DNA of 63,804 nt, filler included, from Reticulomyxa filosa (taxonomy: Eukaryota; Protista; Foraminifera), in the NCBI GenBank assembly GCA_000512085.1. It is 24 parts of 24 records of this genome, joined end to end, with 100 filler letters (N's around TTAATTAATTAA, not from the genome) between each part and the next. Parts side by side here need not be neighbours in the genome. Positions count along the whole stretch, not along the records: positions 39,888 to 40,998 come from ASPP01022574.1; positions 41,099 to 43,667 come from ASPP01012055.1; positions 43,768 to 46,648 come from ASPP01012135.1; positions 46,749 to 48,384 come from ASPP01004284.1; positions 48,485 to 49,519 come from ASPP01046101.1; positions 49,620 to 51,155 come from ASPP01009709.1; positions 51,256 to 52,503 come from ASPP01036718.1; 17 more parts are not named here. One strand, written 5' to 3'. The notes beneath the pieces were generated by a model that was not told the DNA's origin, ran no database searches, and saw only the letters and a list, made by a program, of their open reading frames with translations. Numbering within the stretch: position 1 is the stretch's first letter; the number at the start of each line of letters is the position of its first letter. Below are positions 39,888 through 52,503 of the stretch, in pieces. Position numbers and translations under genes: made by a program.

Positions 39888-40777
39888 AAAAAAAAAACGA
39901 AGATGTTAACCTGGACACTACGAGATTCACCCAATGGACGATTTTGCACAGAACACTGATGAACGGAATGAGAAAGAAGTGAAGAATAAGCATCACTTGC
40001 AATTGAATACAAACTCGAGTCAGTAGCATCACTGAGCATTTGTACCGCCTTTTATTTTCGTCCACACACACACAAAAGTACGCATACAAAAAAACTCTTC
40101 TTCATTCTTCAATTTTTTTTTTGATAAAAGAATGAATCGGTAATTCGCATTTCCTTATCATTTAGAATTTTAATAAGATAAATTTTAAAAAAAAAGGGGG
40201 AAAACACCAAAAAAGCAAAACACACACACACACACGAAAAACAAAAAAAAAAAAAAAAAAAAAGTAGCAATGAACTGCAGCTGAAATAAGACTGAGACTT
40301 GGTAAACAATCCACACCGCGCAAACTTTGTTCTTGTTCCAAATTGACAATGTGCGAGGACTTAAGAAAGTACCATCCCTGCTGATATTCTTGGTTGGCCT
40401 TTACTCGGTCGTCGATCATGTTGCGAATCTTTAAACGCCATTGGAAAAAACCCACATATTTTTGTTGTTGTTACAACGTGGATAGATTTGTTTGTTTATT
40501 CGTTTGTTTTGTGAGAGGAGATACAATGTTGTTTATTTGGAGGGAAGTAAAAACAAGGACATGAGAACATTGACAAAAAAAAAAAAAAACAAAAAAAAAA
40601 GGAAAATAAGGAGGACACACGGGAAATGTGAATATACGAATACTTGTGTTGAAAAATTATAACTTCGGCAAGGGTCAAATCATGATCGTGATCATCAAGT
40701 CGAACGAATCCTAGTGTGATATAGTTATAAGCTGATTGAATTGATAACCAGACACCTTCGAAGCTCGAGTGGTTCAT
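39888..40777 (-). CDS. hypothetical multi-exon protein, 3'-truncated
   Basis: Three coding-like segments separated by T/A-run introns; ATG at 40777. Confidence 0.4.
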
Positions 40778-41098
40778 TGCTTTTTGATTACTTGTATTTT
40801 TTTTTTTTTTTTTGTTCTTGTCGTTATAAGGTCGCCTCAGCTTACGATTTTAATGATAATCTTTTTGTTTTGCTTTTTTGGGAACATTGAGAGCACGCCA
40901 AAAAAAAAATAAATAAAATGTGAGAACATCACCCAAATTAAACAAAGATTATAAAAAAAAAAAAATGGGGACAAACATTTTTTGTGAAATCGCTATAANN
41001 NNNNNNNNNNNNNNNNNNNNNNNNNNNNNNNNNNNNNNNNNNTTAATTAATTAANNNNNNNNNNNNNNNNNNNNNNNNNNNNNNNNNNNNNNNNNNNN

Positions 41099-41989
41099 TA
41101 TACATGTTTGATGCAGGTTGGGCCATGATCCTGACCTAAACATTGGCCAACAAGTTAGCAGAAGCAAGACGTCAGTTTTTTGTTGGTTTGTTAGTTGATT
41201 TTGTTTGCTTTGCTTTATTTGTGTTTTGTGTTCATTGGGGGGGGTGGGGGGTGTGTATGCGTGTCACATCTTGAAATCATTGATTAATTGGACAATGCGA
41301 CAATGGGGGTCTGTAGCTGTATGGGTCTGAGTCACTCAGATCAAACGTACAGAAAACTGAGCGCTCAGATTCTATCGATCACGGATTTTTAAAGGAGAGG
41401 GAACCTTGGGAATATACCGACGGTGCCGTACATTTACTGAAAGAAGTTGTTACTGTCCACGCCGAAGCTTATGATATGTTTGTGCCTATGCTAGCCGAAA
41501 TTGTTACGTTTCTTGTCTTTTTTTTGTTTGTTTGTTTATTTTTTTGATATCCACTGGCAAATATTGCTTGCTATATTCCAAATCATAGGCTGGTATTCGC
41601 TCTTTTTCTCAATATCCGCAATTGCAGATGACAATTTGGAATAGTGTTCCTTTAATGGCCAAAGTGTGAAGTTTGTTTTGAATTGAGGGTACCCCTTTTT
41701 TTTTTTGGTTTGTTTGTTTTCTTTTGTTGCGTATATTTGGCTTTGTGTTGGAATGAATCGCGGGGGGGGGTTTGCATAGGCTGTTGGCGTCAAGAAATAC
41801 AAACTATATTTGGAACTTCTATTGACACCGATGATTGAAACCTTGAATTGTGGCAATAATTTAGCGATGACCGCTGCTGGGAATTGCGTACAGTTCACCA
41901 ATGAATTTATTGGAAATCGCTTCTTTTTAGTACGCTTGAAACCCGAACAGGAAGAAATCATTCGCAAAAGTCCTTTTGTTAAACTTTGA
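41099..41989 (+). CDS. 3' exons of an uncharacterised ARM/HEAT-like protein
   Basis: DHGFLKEREPWEYTDGAVHLLKE..; QLQMTIWNSVPLMAK; YLELLLTPMIETLNCGNNLAMTAAGNC..FIG; stop at 41987-41989. Confidence 0.55.
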
Positions 41990-42538
41990 TACTTACAAAC
42001 GTGTTACTTTTTTTTTTTTTTTTGCTTTGTTTTGTTTAGTGCGAAACGTATAATTACTTTGAATTTTTTCTCACAAACATAATCCTCGAATTTTTGGTGA
42101 TAATACCACTAATTTAATATCATTTTCAAAAATGATCTTTCCGATTGCTTTGACAAAGGATTTTAGTGTCTTGCTTTTTTTTCAAAAAAAGTAACAGGCG
42201 TTTGATTTTTATGATTTGACTTAGAGATTTACAGCCAAATACAATATTTCAGTTACATGACGATTTTGCAGTTTGATAAGCTCGCCTTTTTCTCCGTCCA
42301 GCGATTTTCTCATAAATTTGCAACAAAATTATATTGTTTTCAGTTTTTTTCCTGTTTTAGGTATTTGCTCTGTTGTGCACAACAGTCACTTTTGCAATGC
42401 TCGAGTGCAGATTTTTCTCTATATTGTACGAGAGATTTAAAACTTAAGCTTTGAATAAAATGCAAATCTAGTAAAAAAAAAGGGAGACGCAAATGAAGGG
42501 AGGGAAAAGTTACAAAAAAAAGGGCATAATAGTGTATC

Positions 42539-43620
42539 ATGGCAGAACCACTTTTGTCAACTGGTCGTGAGAATCACAGCGATAGCGAAAATGAATCAGA
42601 AATTTTGCCCAATAACATTCAAGTTGCTTTTTCAACGGACATTTATTTCTCTCTCGTTTTTCAAAAAAAAAAAAAGAGACGGAGGAAGGGGGGGGCACAC
42701 AAACTGACCTTTTACACAACGGAATAAAAAACTGGGAAAAAGGAAAAAACACAAAATCGGTCGAAAAAAGTATTGTTGACTGGTAGCCCAGGGAGTATGT
42801 CGCAACGTAACACAACGATAGTAGGGGGTAGCCCAAGAACAGAGAATGGGCGTGAGAACGATTACACAAACGCAGCGTCAATTCGGTATCAATCGAATCC
42901 GATGTCGTACAGTAGTGGCGGCAATAAGATGAGCAAGCAAAACACAGAAATCCATAAGGCAAAGTTTCGGGCGGTGCCAAAGGAGATAATATTTCTGATA
43001 ACAGTGGTGTGGTTATTTACATTGGGGAGTCTGATAACAGTTGGATTGTTGACGGGCTTTGATGATGAGCACGGCAAGTCGACAGTGTGTCAAATGGCAA
43101 GTATACTTGTGCCTTTGTTAGTGTACTTTGGGAACACCATTGTATGTTACCGTCTGTACAACGAAGCAAAGTACATGAGAAACGAGGGATATTTGCGTTT
43201 TTATGAAATAATCAGTCTCATTTCCAAACGCAATTTTGGGATTACAAGCATTTATTTTGTCGTCATTTTTGCCTTTTATTCATTCGTTTTACATGTTAAT
43301 TTTTTTTTTTTATAAGATGTTTGCCCCCTTTTTTTTTTTCCTCTCCCTCCCCCCCCCTCTTCTCATCATTTTCAAGAATCTTCAAAAAAAAAAAAAAAAA
43401 GGGGTAGCCACATTATCATTAACAAAGTTTTTTTTGGTTGGGAAAAAAAAAGGATAAAGAGGCAAAAGATTTAATATCTGCTTACACCCGGGCGTGGATT
43501 TTGTTCGGATTTTGGGTCTCGGGGTTTACCATCATCTTATGGCAGCTGCTCAAAATTCACTCCTTTGCTAATCTTCACAATCGACAAAAGCCACCGCCTG
43601 ACATGCTTTGTTCAAATGGT
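42539..43620 (+). CDS. multi-pass membrane protein, 3'-truncated
   Basis: Four hydrophobic segments (IIFLITVVWLFTLG; ILVPLLVYFG; IYFVVIFAFYSF; AWILFGFWVSGFTIILW) across 3 exons. Confidence 0.6.
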
Positions 43621-44185
43621 GTTTTTTTTTTTTTAAACCCCCTTTTTTTTTTTTTTTTAAAAAAAAANNNNNNNNNNNNNNNNNNNNNNNNNNNNNNNNN
43701 NNNNNNNNNNNTTAATTAATTAANNNNNNNNNNNNNNNNNNNNNNNNNNNNNNNNNNNNNNNNNNNNCTTCCACTCTTTCAAAACAAACATGGACATTTT
43801 TTTTTGCTGACTCATTACTTGATTATTTATTTTTTTATTTTTTTTTGGTGTCAATGGGTGGTTGGTGACTGCCTCCATATTGTTATTTTTTTTTTTTTGC
43901 TTTCGTTTTTTCTGTCACTTTGCGTTTCTCGAAAGGTTTTGTGATCCTCAGAGGAATGTGACAAATAGTCTACACTTTTTTTTGGTGCTTTTTTTTTTTC
44001 CTCTTCTCTCCTCCTTCCCTTCCCCCCTTTTTTTTAGTTTAGTCGATTCGGTTGAGGGGGAGGCTTTGTGATTGTAGGACACCACATTTTCTTCTTATAA
44101 TAGTGTTTATAGTTCAAGTATCATTATTGTAAACACAATACATTTTTTGCAGAATGCCAGAACAAAAGAAAGTTTTTTACTTTGG

Positions 44186-44247
44186 TAAAATGAACCCCTG
44201 TGAACATTCATGAATAAACACATGAATGTTCATAGTGGTTCATTTTA
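44186..44247. other. 62-nt near-perfect hairpin
   Basis: TAAAATGAACCCCTGTGAACATTCATG-AATAAACA-CATGAATGTTCATAGTGGTTCATTTTA: 27-bp stem with one mismatch and one G-U pair. Confidence 0.85.
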
Positions 44248-44379
44248 TATAGGATCTTTTTTTTTTTAGCTGTCGATTGTATCTTATTTGCAAGATTAAA
44301 AAAAAATTTTTGAAAAGGGTTTATTTTTGAAAGAAACGAAATTCAAATATACAAAAAAAGTAAAGCAAAGAAATTAATA

Positions 44380-45451
44380 TTATGTGGAGATACTGTGTTG
44401 GAGATGAGCACACAAAGGATGATGCTTTTTAACACGACAAGTGATACTACATTTTTGGTAAAACTCCAAATCCATTTGCAAATGATCGATAATGTCATCC
44501 AACAAGATGGCTTTGGTGACACTGATATTTTTTTTGCTGACTCCATAAATCAGCAGTAGAGGGGATGCTCTGGAAGTGAACATGGAGCCGATAGTACTGC
44601 GGCAAATAATGGACAAATACCAAAAGAAAATGTGAAGGGACATTATAGATTTTGGCAATCGCAGATAGAGTTTGGCGTTTGATTTCGTTTAACAAAACGA
44701 TATGCTTTTGCAATTGCAAGTCTCGAACGGACCTCAAAGTTTTGTCTCCAATAATTGCAATAATGTGCAAGTTGTCCAGAATGTTTTGTGTAGACATCAG
44801 TTCTTTCCATTGGCTCTGATCTGTATATTGCTCACAATTGACATGAGTGTGCCAAGTTTTGGCAACCAAAGATACAAATGCATCCGAGTCCCGACATATG
44901 ACTCTGGAATTTTCACTCTTTCCATTCAAAATATCATCCATCCATTTGACATCTTTTTCGGGCATTGCATCAATATATGGCTTTGTTATTTTCAAATACA
45001 TTTCCATTGTCTCTCTTACCACCACTTGAGCATTCCCACTTTTGTATTTTAAGTAATGCTTCGAAAATGTAGCCTTTGCTTCTTGTTTTTCTTTGCTATT
45101 CTCCTCATCTTTGTCTTCATTGGTACCATTCCAAGGGTTAAATATTTCTACAATCACATCCAATGTTTGTGTTTTTAGAGCCACCTTTGCTTTGTATTGA
45201 GTTAGTGTACCCCCCAAATGTATTTGCTCCAACAATTCCACTGCTGATAAAAGCTTCTCTTTGATGAAAAGGTCGTCCAACATCTCAATCTGACCTTTTT
45301 CAAATACAAACTTTATCAACATTGGCCTTTCTTCTTTACTCTTCTCTTCCTTTGTGCAAGCTTTCGCCACTACTGACTTGCTGTCTTTTTTTAATAGCTC
45401 CTTCCATTCCAAATGTTTCAAAGTCGAGAGACCAAGCGAAGATGATGTCAT
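44380..45451 (-). CDS. DCPS: m7GpppX diphosphatase (scavenger decapping enzyme), extra A near 44530
   Basis: VVRETMEMY..TKPYI..WMDDILNGKSE..LRSVRDL..FVHYLPQYYRLHVHF; after the shift KAILLDDIIDHL..FYQK. Confidence 0.9.
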
Positions 45452-47749
45452 TCACACAAAGGATTCGATTTTTGAGATGAATATATTCAATAATATTCCT
45501 TTTTGTCCTTATTACGTTCTTTGGTTCCATCTTCACTTCTCCTTTTTTTTCAAAAAAAAACAACATAATTTTGACATTTGAAAATTATTTTTTATTTTGG
45601 AAGTTCGCAATGTGTGTATATTGTAAGTAGCCACAACGAAGCTAAACTTCAAGCTTCACTTCGGGAACACACAACAGTCTGTCTTAAAGTGCTTGAAATG
45701 TTAGCTTTTTAAGTATTCATCATTTGCTTTAAAATCTACAACTTACATACAAATGCAATTGTTTTTTGTAATTTTTTTGGATAATTTTTACAGGTCAATG
45801 TGATTAAGTTTCATCTTGTTCATTTTGATGATTTACTCGTTCATATTTCCATAAGTTTGCAAATTGAAACAAAACAAACAGTTTTGTGAATACTTGAAAT
45901 GAAGAGACCTTTGTTGGCAGGCGAAGAAAAAACTTAATGCTATTGAAGGGACATAATTGGGAAATGAGTACAAAAATGGTGTCGTTCAACAAGGTCATTT
46001 CAACCTGGCTTAACGAAGCGGGAAAAGCAGTCACCTTGAGATACCTAAATTATAGTCAATACGGTTTTTTTATTAAAAAAAAACATGTTCGACTTGTCAT
46101 GGTCAAATTTTTTGAAAACAACAACACGTCATTTGGCGTTGGAACAAAGGATATCCAGAAGGAAGAACTATGATTGAAAAAGAGAAAACGTATTTGTAAA
46201 TGGCCCGCAGACACGAATAAACTGCAAATAGAAATGGGATAACTTGGATTTAGTTGTTTTTTCCAATTTTACTAAAAATAATATGGCATTTTAAATGAAG
46301 AATAAAAAAACAATTTCTATCCAGAGAATATTTACAGTTTGTACATTACAAAAGTGGAAAACTAGTTATGATTATTGCACTAATAGGTCCAATCAACACT
46401 ATTCAAATTTTTTGATAATTAGCTTTCTTAGTGTTGTCATGACTAAAATGGCTATGTTGGTATTAAACCGAAAATGAGCTAATGTCTTTTTTTATGATTT
46501 ATTCAATTCGCGAAAAAAAAAAAAAATTTTCAACGATGACAATCATCAAGTGAAATATTTCATGCTTTCGATGAATTTTATATTTTTGGTTAAAACAGGA
46601 GAAGTAAGCTAAAAAGAATGAGATATCACAAAAATTTTTTCAAAAAACNNNNNNNNNNNNNNNNNNNNNNNNNNNNNNNNNNNNNNNNNNNNTTAATTAA
46701 TTAANNNNNNNNNNNNNNNNNNNNNNNNNNNNNNNNNNNNNNNNNNNNGTGTGCATGGAGTGAAATCATCACTGTCAATGAAAGACAGAGGGAAGCAAGG
46801 GAATAGTGCACCGACGTACACATTAGAGCGCGAAAGGAGTGAAACAGACACAAACGAAACGAAACCTTTCTTCAAACAAAAGGCAAACGAAGACAACAAA
46901 GATGAGGAAGAAATATCGCGGTGTCGACTTGCTTAACAGCAAAGAGCTGGCCGACACGTATAATGATCAAACTGTTCCCAATATTTATAACAAAGAGAAA
47001 CATAAGGGACACTGTCAATTGAATAATATTAAAAAGTCTTGTATGATGCGGCAGAGCATTCACCGTTTTCTCTTCACCAAAAAGTAAATACAAAACAAAA
47101 TAATAATGTGCAAATCACAAATCATTATAAAAAAATAAAACAGTGTATTTATACGCTTTGAAAATAAAAAATACTTAAAAACAAAAATTGATATTTTATT
47201 TTGAAATTATTGTCAACATCAAAATCTTTGTTTACGCGATTTGAGGATTATAACAATAATATTTTATTGAAAATAAAACGAACAAATAAAAATATAATTA
47301 ACGTATTGTAAAACATAATCTGAATTTAAATATTTGAGTTTTTGCTGAGCCAATTGTACAGCAACCAATCACGAATAACTTTTCCTAGGGCCAAAAAAAT
47401 AATCAATATTTCATAACTGCAAAACTAGTTAATCTTTCACAAATTGTTAAAAAATATTGAAAATACGAAATTTCAAAAAGCTTACATATATTTTTGTCAA
47501 GCATCCAGTTACAAGTTAAAGTTCGTTTGAACAAAAAAAAACATTCGGTGGTCACTTTTACTTGAACTTTTCCAACCAAAAAAACACAGATTAAAATTGG
47601 AGTCATGATTTGTGCTTTACTTTCCTTTTTTATTAATTTTGAAGGTTGTTGGAACCCTTCACTAAATTTTTTGTCCTCCTTAATGCCCAAAATTAATATT
47701 CCCAATACGGCGTTTGAATTACGTATTTTCCACTTTGGACACTAGGGGT

Positions 47750-48384
47750 TTATAAAAGAAGGAAATAGAAACAGGCACCACTTATATAGCCTCCAAGATG
47801 TGCAACATGAGCAATTCTGTCAGTTGTGTCTTGCAGCACATGCTCCATTTTATTTGTACGGTTTAAATCTCGCATGGCCGCGATCACCTCAAGCTGTGGC
47901 CTTTTGTAATTCATATACGACGCAAACATGTCCAAAAAGCATGTGGCAAAGACGACAGGAAAAAGGGACATTATGTCTCTTTTCTTCTTTTTTTTTGCCA
48001 CAAAAAACATAACAAAATTCGCACAAGTATAAATCATTATGTATAACTTATACGTACGCATATATACAAAAAAATGGACAATACAAAACTATTCGATTTT
48101 GATTGATAACATATATACAGCTGCTGCAGCCGACAAAAGCCTTGTCATCATTAATAAGTTTGTGTAACCAATCGTTGATGCGATTATTATAATCACGCTT
48201 TTTTTGAATCAGTTTTTGTGTCCAACTATCACACCAATTATATTCTAACATTTTGGGCTTGTTATTTTTTGATAGTGCTTGCACTTTGTCAGGGCTTTTG
48301 TCATAATGGTAGTAGTATTTCCATACCACTGCCAAGTTACCAAGCACTCCTCCACTTACGTACACCAACCAAAACATTCGACCA
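47750..48384 (-). CDS. rhomboid-family intramembrane protease, 5'-partial
   Basis: FWLVYVSGGVLGNL, VGCSSCIY (GxS), IAHVAHLGG (catalytic His motif). Confidence 0.8.
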
Positions 48385-48529
48385 NNNNNNNNNNNNNNNN
48401 NNNNNNNNNNNNNNNNNNNNNNNNNNNNTTAATTAATTAANNNNNNNNNNNNNNNNNNNNNNNNNNNNNNNNNNNNNNNNNNNNATCCAATGTGTAATCA
48501 TTTCAATTTCTTTCATTTTTTTAAAAAAT

Positions 48530-49400
48530 AGAATGAGTATCATTATAATCCATTTGAACAGACATCAAGCCTTAACTTTCAATTTTCGAATTTTTGTGTT
48601 AATGTCCCATCGTTTCTAGATCCACCTTTTGCTTGTTCAAGTTATCTTCTTTCTTTTTCGTGTTCCATCCATTGCAGCTCTTCTTTTGTTTTTCTGCTTT
48701 AAACCATTCATCCACTCTTGCCATCATATGTGTACCTGAAGAGTTCGATTCACGTCCTCCAATAATACGCAACATACATGTTTATCTTCACTTAATATTG
48801 CAATACAATCATTTGAAATTTAAGGCAAAATCTTGTCAAATTTCGGTCCATTTGTCTTTGGTAATGGAAATTTATGAATTTCTTGTGAAATAGATTTATA
48901 ACTATTTATTATAATTATTGCTACTAACATCAATTGGTAAACTGGTTTCTTTTAAAAATTTAAACTTGTTCAAATCAAATACAGAAATATTCTTTGGACG
49001 ATAAGTAATAAATAATATCTTTATTTGTTTTCCTGAGTCTATATTCCATATTCGAATCTTTTGACCCCCATGAATCGGTTGTGTGATTGTTGGAATATCC
49101 ATCATTTGTAGTAAACTATCAAATAATTGGTGACAGTTCAAATGTAATATGCTCTGGGTCAGTAGATACTACAATTCATTTTTGAGATATTCGATAAAGA
49201 AAGGAGATAGAGATAATGATAATGATGATAAAGATGATAATGAAATAAGATGTCTTACATTTGTATCATTGCAAAAGGAAGGAAACAACAATGAACAAAC
49301 ATTAGATGATTGTGATGATTATTTGTTCTTTAAAAAATATTACTTTCTTCTGTTGGAATTAGGAGCTTTAAGAAATCTAAAAAAGGAATAAGATATTTAA
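48530..49400. pseudogene. mosaic of decayed WD40/kelch-family fragments on both strands
   Basis: Plus strand ICSGSVDTTIHF*DIR..EIRCLTFVSL resembles the WD40 gene at 61116; minus strand KIRIWNIDSGKQIK. Many stops. Confidence 0.6.
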
Positions 49401-49739
49401 TTTGCACAATTTCAACTACTATTCGACTAATTTACTTCAAATCAACATTTGGGTGGACACAATTAATATCAATCCAAAATAGATTTTTTGAAAACTAGAA
49501 GGAAGTTTAAAACTTGTCTNNNNNNNNNNNNNNNNNNNNNNNNNNNNNNNNNNNNNNNNNNNNTTAATTAATTAANNNNNNNNNNNNNNNNNNNNNNNNN
49601 NNNNNNNNNNNNNNNNNNNTTTTTTTTTTTTTTTAAAAAAAAAAAATAATAATTTAGAAAATTATATTTTTGTCAATCACAAATGGAATACAAAAAAAAA
49701 AAATAATAAATAAAAATAAAAAACAAAACGAACCACAAA

Positions 49740-50370
49740 AGACAATCCCCAAGCAATAGTCCCATCTCCTCCACATATCAATATCCGAGGATGACGCCTT
49801 TCTTTTGTAACAATCGCTGACGACGATTTCTTCAGCTGATCGTTTGCGATCAGTGCCGATGTTATTTCGCTCTCTGTTGTTATTGACTTCTCCTCTTCCA
49901 ATGGCTTCTCCTTCTCGTCTTCAGTGTTATCTTTGCTTTCGTATTCTGTTGCTGGTATTAAATCTTTTTTTTTTTTGTCATACATGTGATTATGTATACA
50001 TATATACGTATACATACATACATACACATATGCATATGTTTATATATATGTGTACATATACTTATATACTTTTGATTGTTTGTCCAAGAACAGCCACTAA
50101 TTCTTCAAAATGCTCCTCATTTTTCGACAGTTGAATCAAATTAAACACTTTCAAATTTGGATTGCCTTTTAATTGTCCCATCAGTTTTGCACCTTTATGA
50201 CCACCACTTAATGGGTTCAAAAACACAATCACCGGCAATTTACTTACTTTCTCTGAAGACGGGGCCAATGTTTTAGTTGTTGAAGAGACCACCGATTCAG
50301 GAGATGTTCTCACTCTATCTTTATCTGCAGACATTACCTGCAATACCTCGTTTGACTGTCCAAAGCTCAT
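49740..50370 (-). CDS. diacylglycerol kinase catalytic domain N-terminus, 3'-truncated
   Basis: PVIVFLNPLSGGHKG..VFNL; RILICGGDGTIAW. Confidence 0.88.
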
Positions 50371-50638
50371 TTGATATCCTCACTGAAGCAGTCTTCTTGT
50401 CCAAAACTTTCAGCAACGCTTAGTTTTTTAAAAAAAAAAAACACCACAGCTGTTTCTGTGTAAATGTATATAATTTTTTTTTTTTTGCGCCAAATCTTCT
50501 TACAAATAAAGTTATGAATTTGAAACTTGAGAGTGAACCTTAAAAACACCTAAGAACAGGCTTTCTCATTTCAAGACTTCCTTCTCCTCTTAAAAAGAAA
50601 ATTATAGTATCAAAACAATTTTAAAATTACACTGAATA

Positions 50639-51037
50639 ATGATGAAATCAAGAGAACAAGTCATCCTCTCCTCATTCCATTGTAGCACTGCGATATATTG
50701 TATCAGGAAGACGCAGGAGTTTTCGCTAGGCCGGCAGCAGTGCCTTTGGCGGGCCTGAAACATCAGTGTTGTATTCTACGACAGAAGTTCATTTGAACCA
50801 AGGGCAACAAAATGCTGCAATTGATTCAATGGGCAAATATCCATCCACATGTTTCCCTCGTATCACAAAAACCAGTTTCCATTCATCCCAAACAGCACAT
50901 CCAAAGATCAACAACGGCAAAGACGAAACCAAAAGTAATGCCTTGTTTGCGTTTGTCACATGTCCGCAATGCGACGATGTTGTGCCAAGAAAGAAGAAAG
51001 AGCTTGTGAAACACCAAAAAGAATGTCTGTTTAAAAG
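50639..51037 (+). CDS. zinc-finger (TRAF-like CxxC..H..C) protein 5' end; start ambiguous (ATG 50639 with +1 shift at 50756, or ATG 50829)
   Basis: CPQCDDVVPRKKKELVKHQKEC; an upstream 39-codon ORF ends GCC TGA overlapping the main frame. Confidence 0.45.
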
Positions 51038-51115
51038 TTTTGTTGTTTTTTTTATTATTATTATTATTTTATTTATTAAAAAACCACACGCAAAAACGCA
51101 TGACAAAACCACTAA

Positions 51116-51155
<40 letters not shown>

Positions 51156-51255
51156 NNNNNNNNNNNNNNNNNNNNNNNNNNNNNNNNNNNNNNNNNNNNT
51201 TAATTAATTAANNNNNNNNNNNNNNNNNNNNNNNNNNNNNNNNNNNNNNNNNNNN

Positions 51256-52250
51256 CCGTCATGGGCTTCGCCGGGACAGCTCAGGCAGGCAGGGACCTCG
51301 ACGCCGTCCGGGCGCGCGGCATGGTGAATTGCGGGGTCGGCATCGGCACCGCGGGCTTCATGCTGGCCGACAGCCAGGGCAAGTGGAAGGGTCTCTCCGT
51401 CGACGTCTGCCGCGCCGTTGCCGCCGCGATCTTCGGCGATGCGGAGAAGGTCCGGTACGTCCCCCTCACCTCCCAGCAGCGCTTCACCGCCCTGCAGTCG
51501 AGCGAAGTCGATATCGTCATGGGCAATGCGACCTACACGCTGACCCGCGACACGGCGCTGGGCCTCGATTTCACCGGCGTCTACTATTATGACGGCCAGG
51601 GATTCCTGGTGCCGAAGAAGCTCGGCGTGAAGAGCGCCAAGGAGCTGAACGGCGCGACCGTCTGCGTGGCCCCCGGCACCACGACCGAGCTCAACCTCGC
51701 TGATTATTTCCGCGCCAACAAGATGACCTTCAAGCCGGTCGTCATCGAGAAGGTCGACGAGATCCGCTCGGCCTTCTTCTCCGGCCGGTGCGACGTCTAC
51801 ACGACCGACGCTTCGAGCCTGGCCGCGACCCGGGCGGCCAACGTACCGCCGCCGCAGACCATCGACGACTACGTCATCCTGCCGGAGATCATCTCGAAGG
51901 AGCCGCTGGGACCGGTCGTGCGCCACGGCGACAACCAGTTCGCCGACATCGTGCGCTGGTCGCTCTACGCCATGATCGAGGCCGAGGAATACGGCATCAC
52001 CTCGAAGAACGTCGACGAGATGATGAAGAGCGACAATCCCACGATCAAGCGCATCCTGGGCGTCACGCCGGGCATGGGCAAGGCCCTCGGGGTCGACGAG
52101 AAGTGGGTCTACAACATCATCAAGCAGGTCGGGAACTACGGCGAAGTCTTCGACCGCAACGTCGGCATGGGATCGCCGCTCAAGATCGCCCGCGGCCAGA
52201 ACGCGCTGTGGACCCAGGGCGGCCTGCAATACGCCCCGCCGATCCGATAG
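51256..52250 (+). CDS. aapJ: bacterial general L-amino acid ABC transporter substrate-binding protein (AapJ/BztA), 5'-truncated
   Basis: LDAVRARG.VNCGV..G.DVCRAVAAAIFGD..RFTALQS.EVD..GRCDVYTTDAS.L..LPEIISKEPLGP.VR.GD..IIKQVGNYGE.F.RN.G..GGLQYAPPIR. Intronless, GC-rich. Confidence 0.93.
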
Positions 52251-52380
52251 CGGGGCGATCGGAGACAGAGGGAGGGTGGTATTGCCCGGTTGCGTACGGG
52301 TAATTCCCACCTACACTGAGGGTAATAACGGGCGGACAGCGCCCGCGCGGACAAACCGCATCGGGCAGGGGGAATAGCGT

Positions 52381-52503
52381 ATGGCAGTCGAGACTCTCGG
52401 CTCTGCGCCACGTGTGAAAGTGGCTCCATGGAACGACCCGGTCATTCGCGGCTGGGTATTCCAGATCGTCGTGGTCGGTCTCGTCGGCTTCCTTGCCTGG
52501 TAT
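52381..52503 (+). CDS. aapQ: bacterial amino acid ABC permease (AapQ/BztB) N-terminus, truncated
   Basis: SD-like GGGGGA then ATG: MAVETLGSAPRVKVAPWNDPVIRGWVFQIVVVGLVGFLAWY; expected operon position after aapJ. Confidence 0.75.

Noticed and set aside
44186-44247. SECIS element
   Set aside because: The ATGA pairs canonically with TCAT, so the non-Watson-Crick GA quartet cannot form.
50639-50758. C/D-box snoRNA (ATGATGA ... CTGA) or U2-like snRNA
   Set aside because: Boxes are short and no convincing terminal stem or D'/C' pair is visible; the snRNA resemblance is superficial.
51204-52310. 368-aa minus-strand ORF and other overlapping ORFs on the bacterial contig
   Set aside because: Antisense shadows of GC-rich aapJ.
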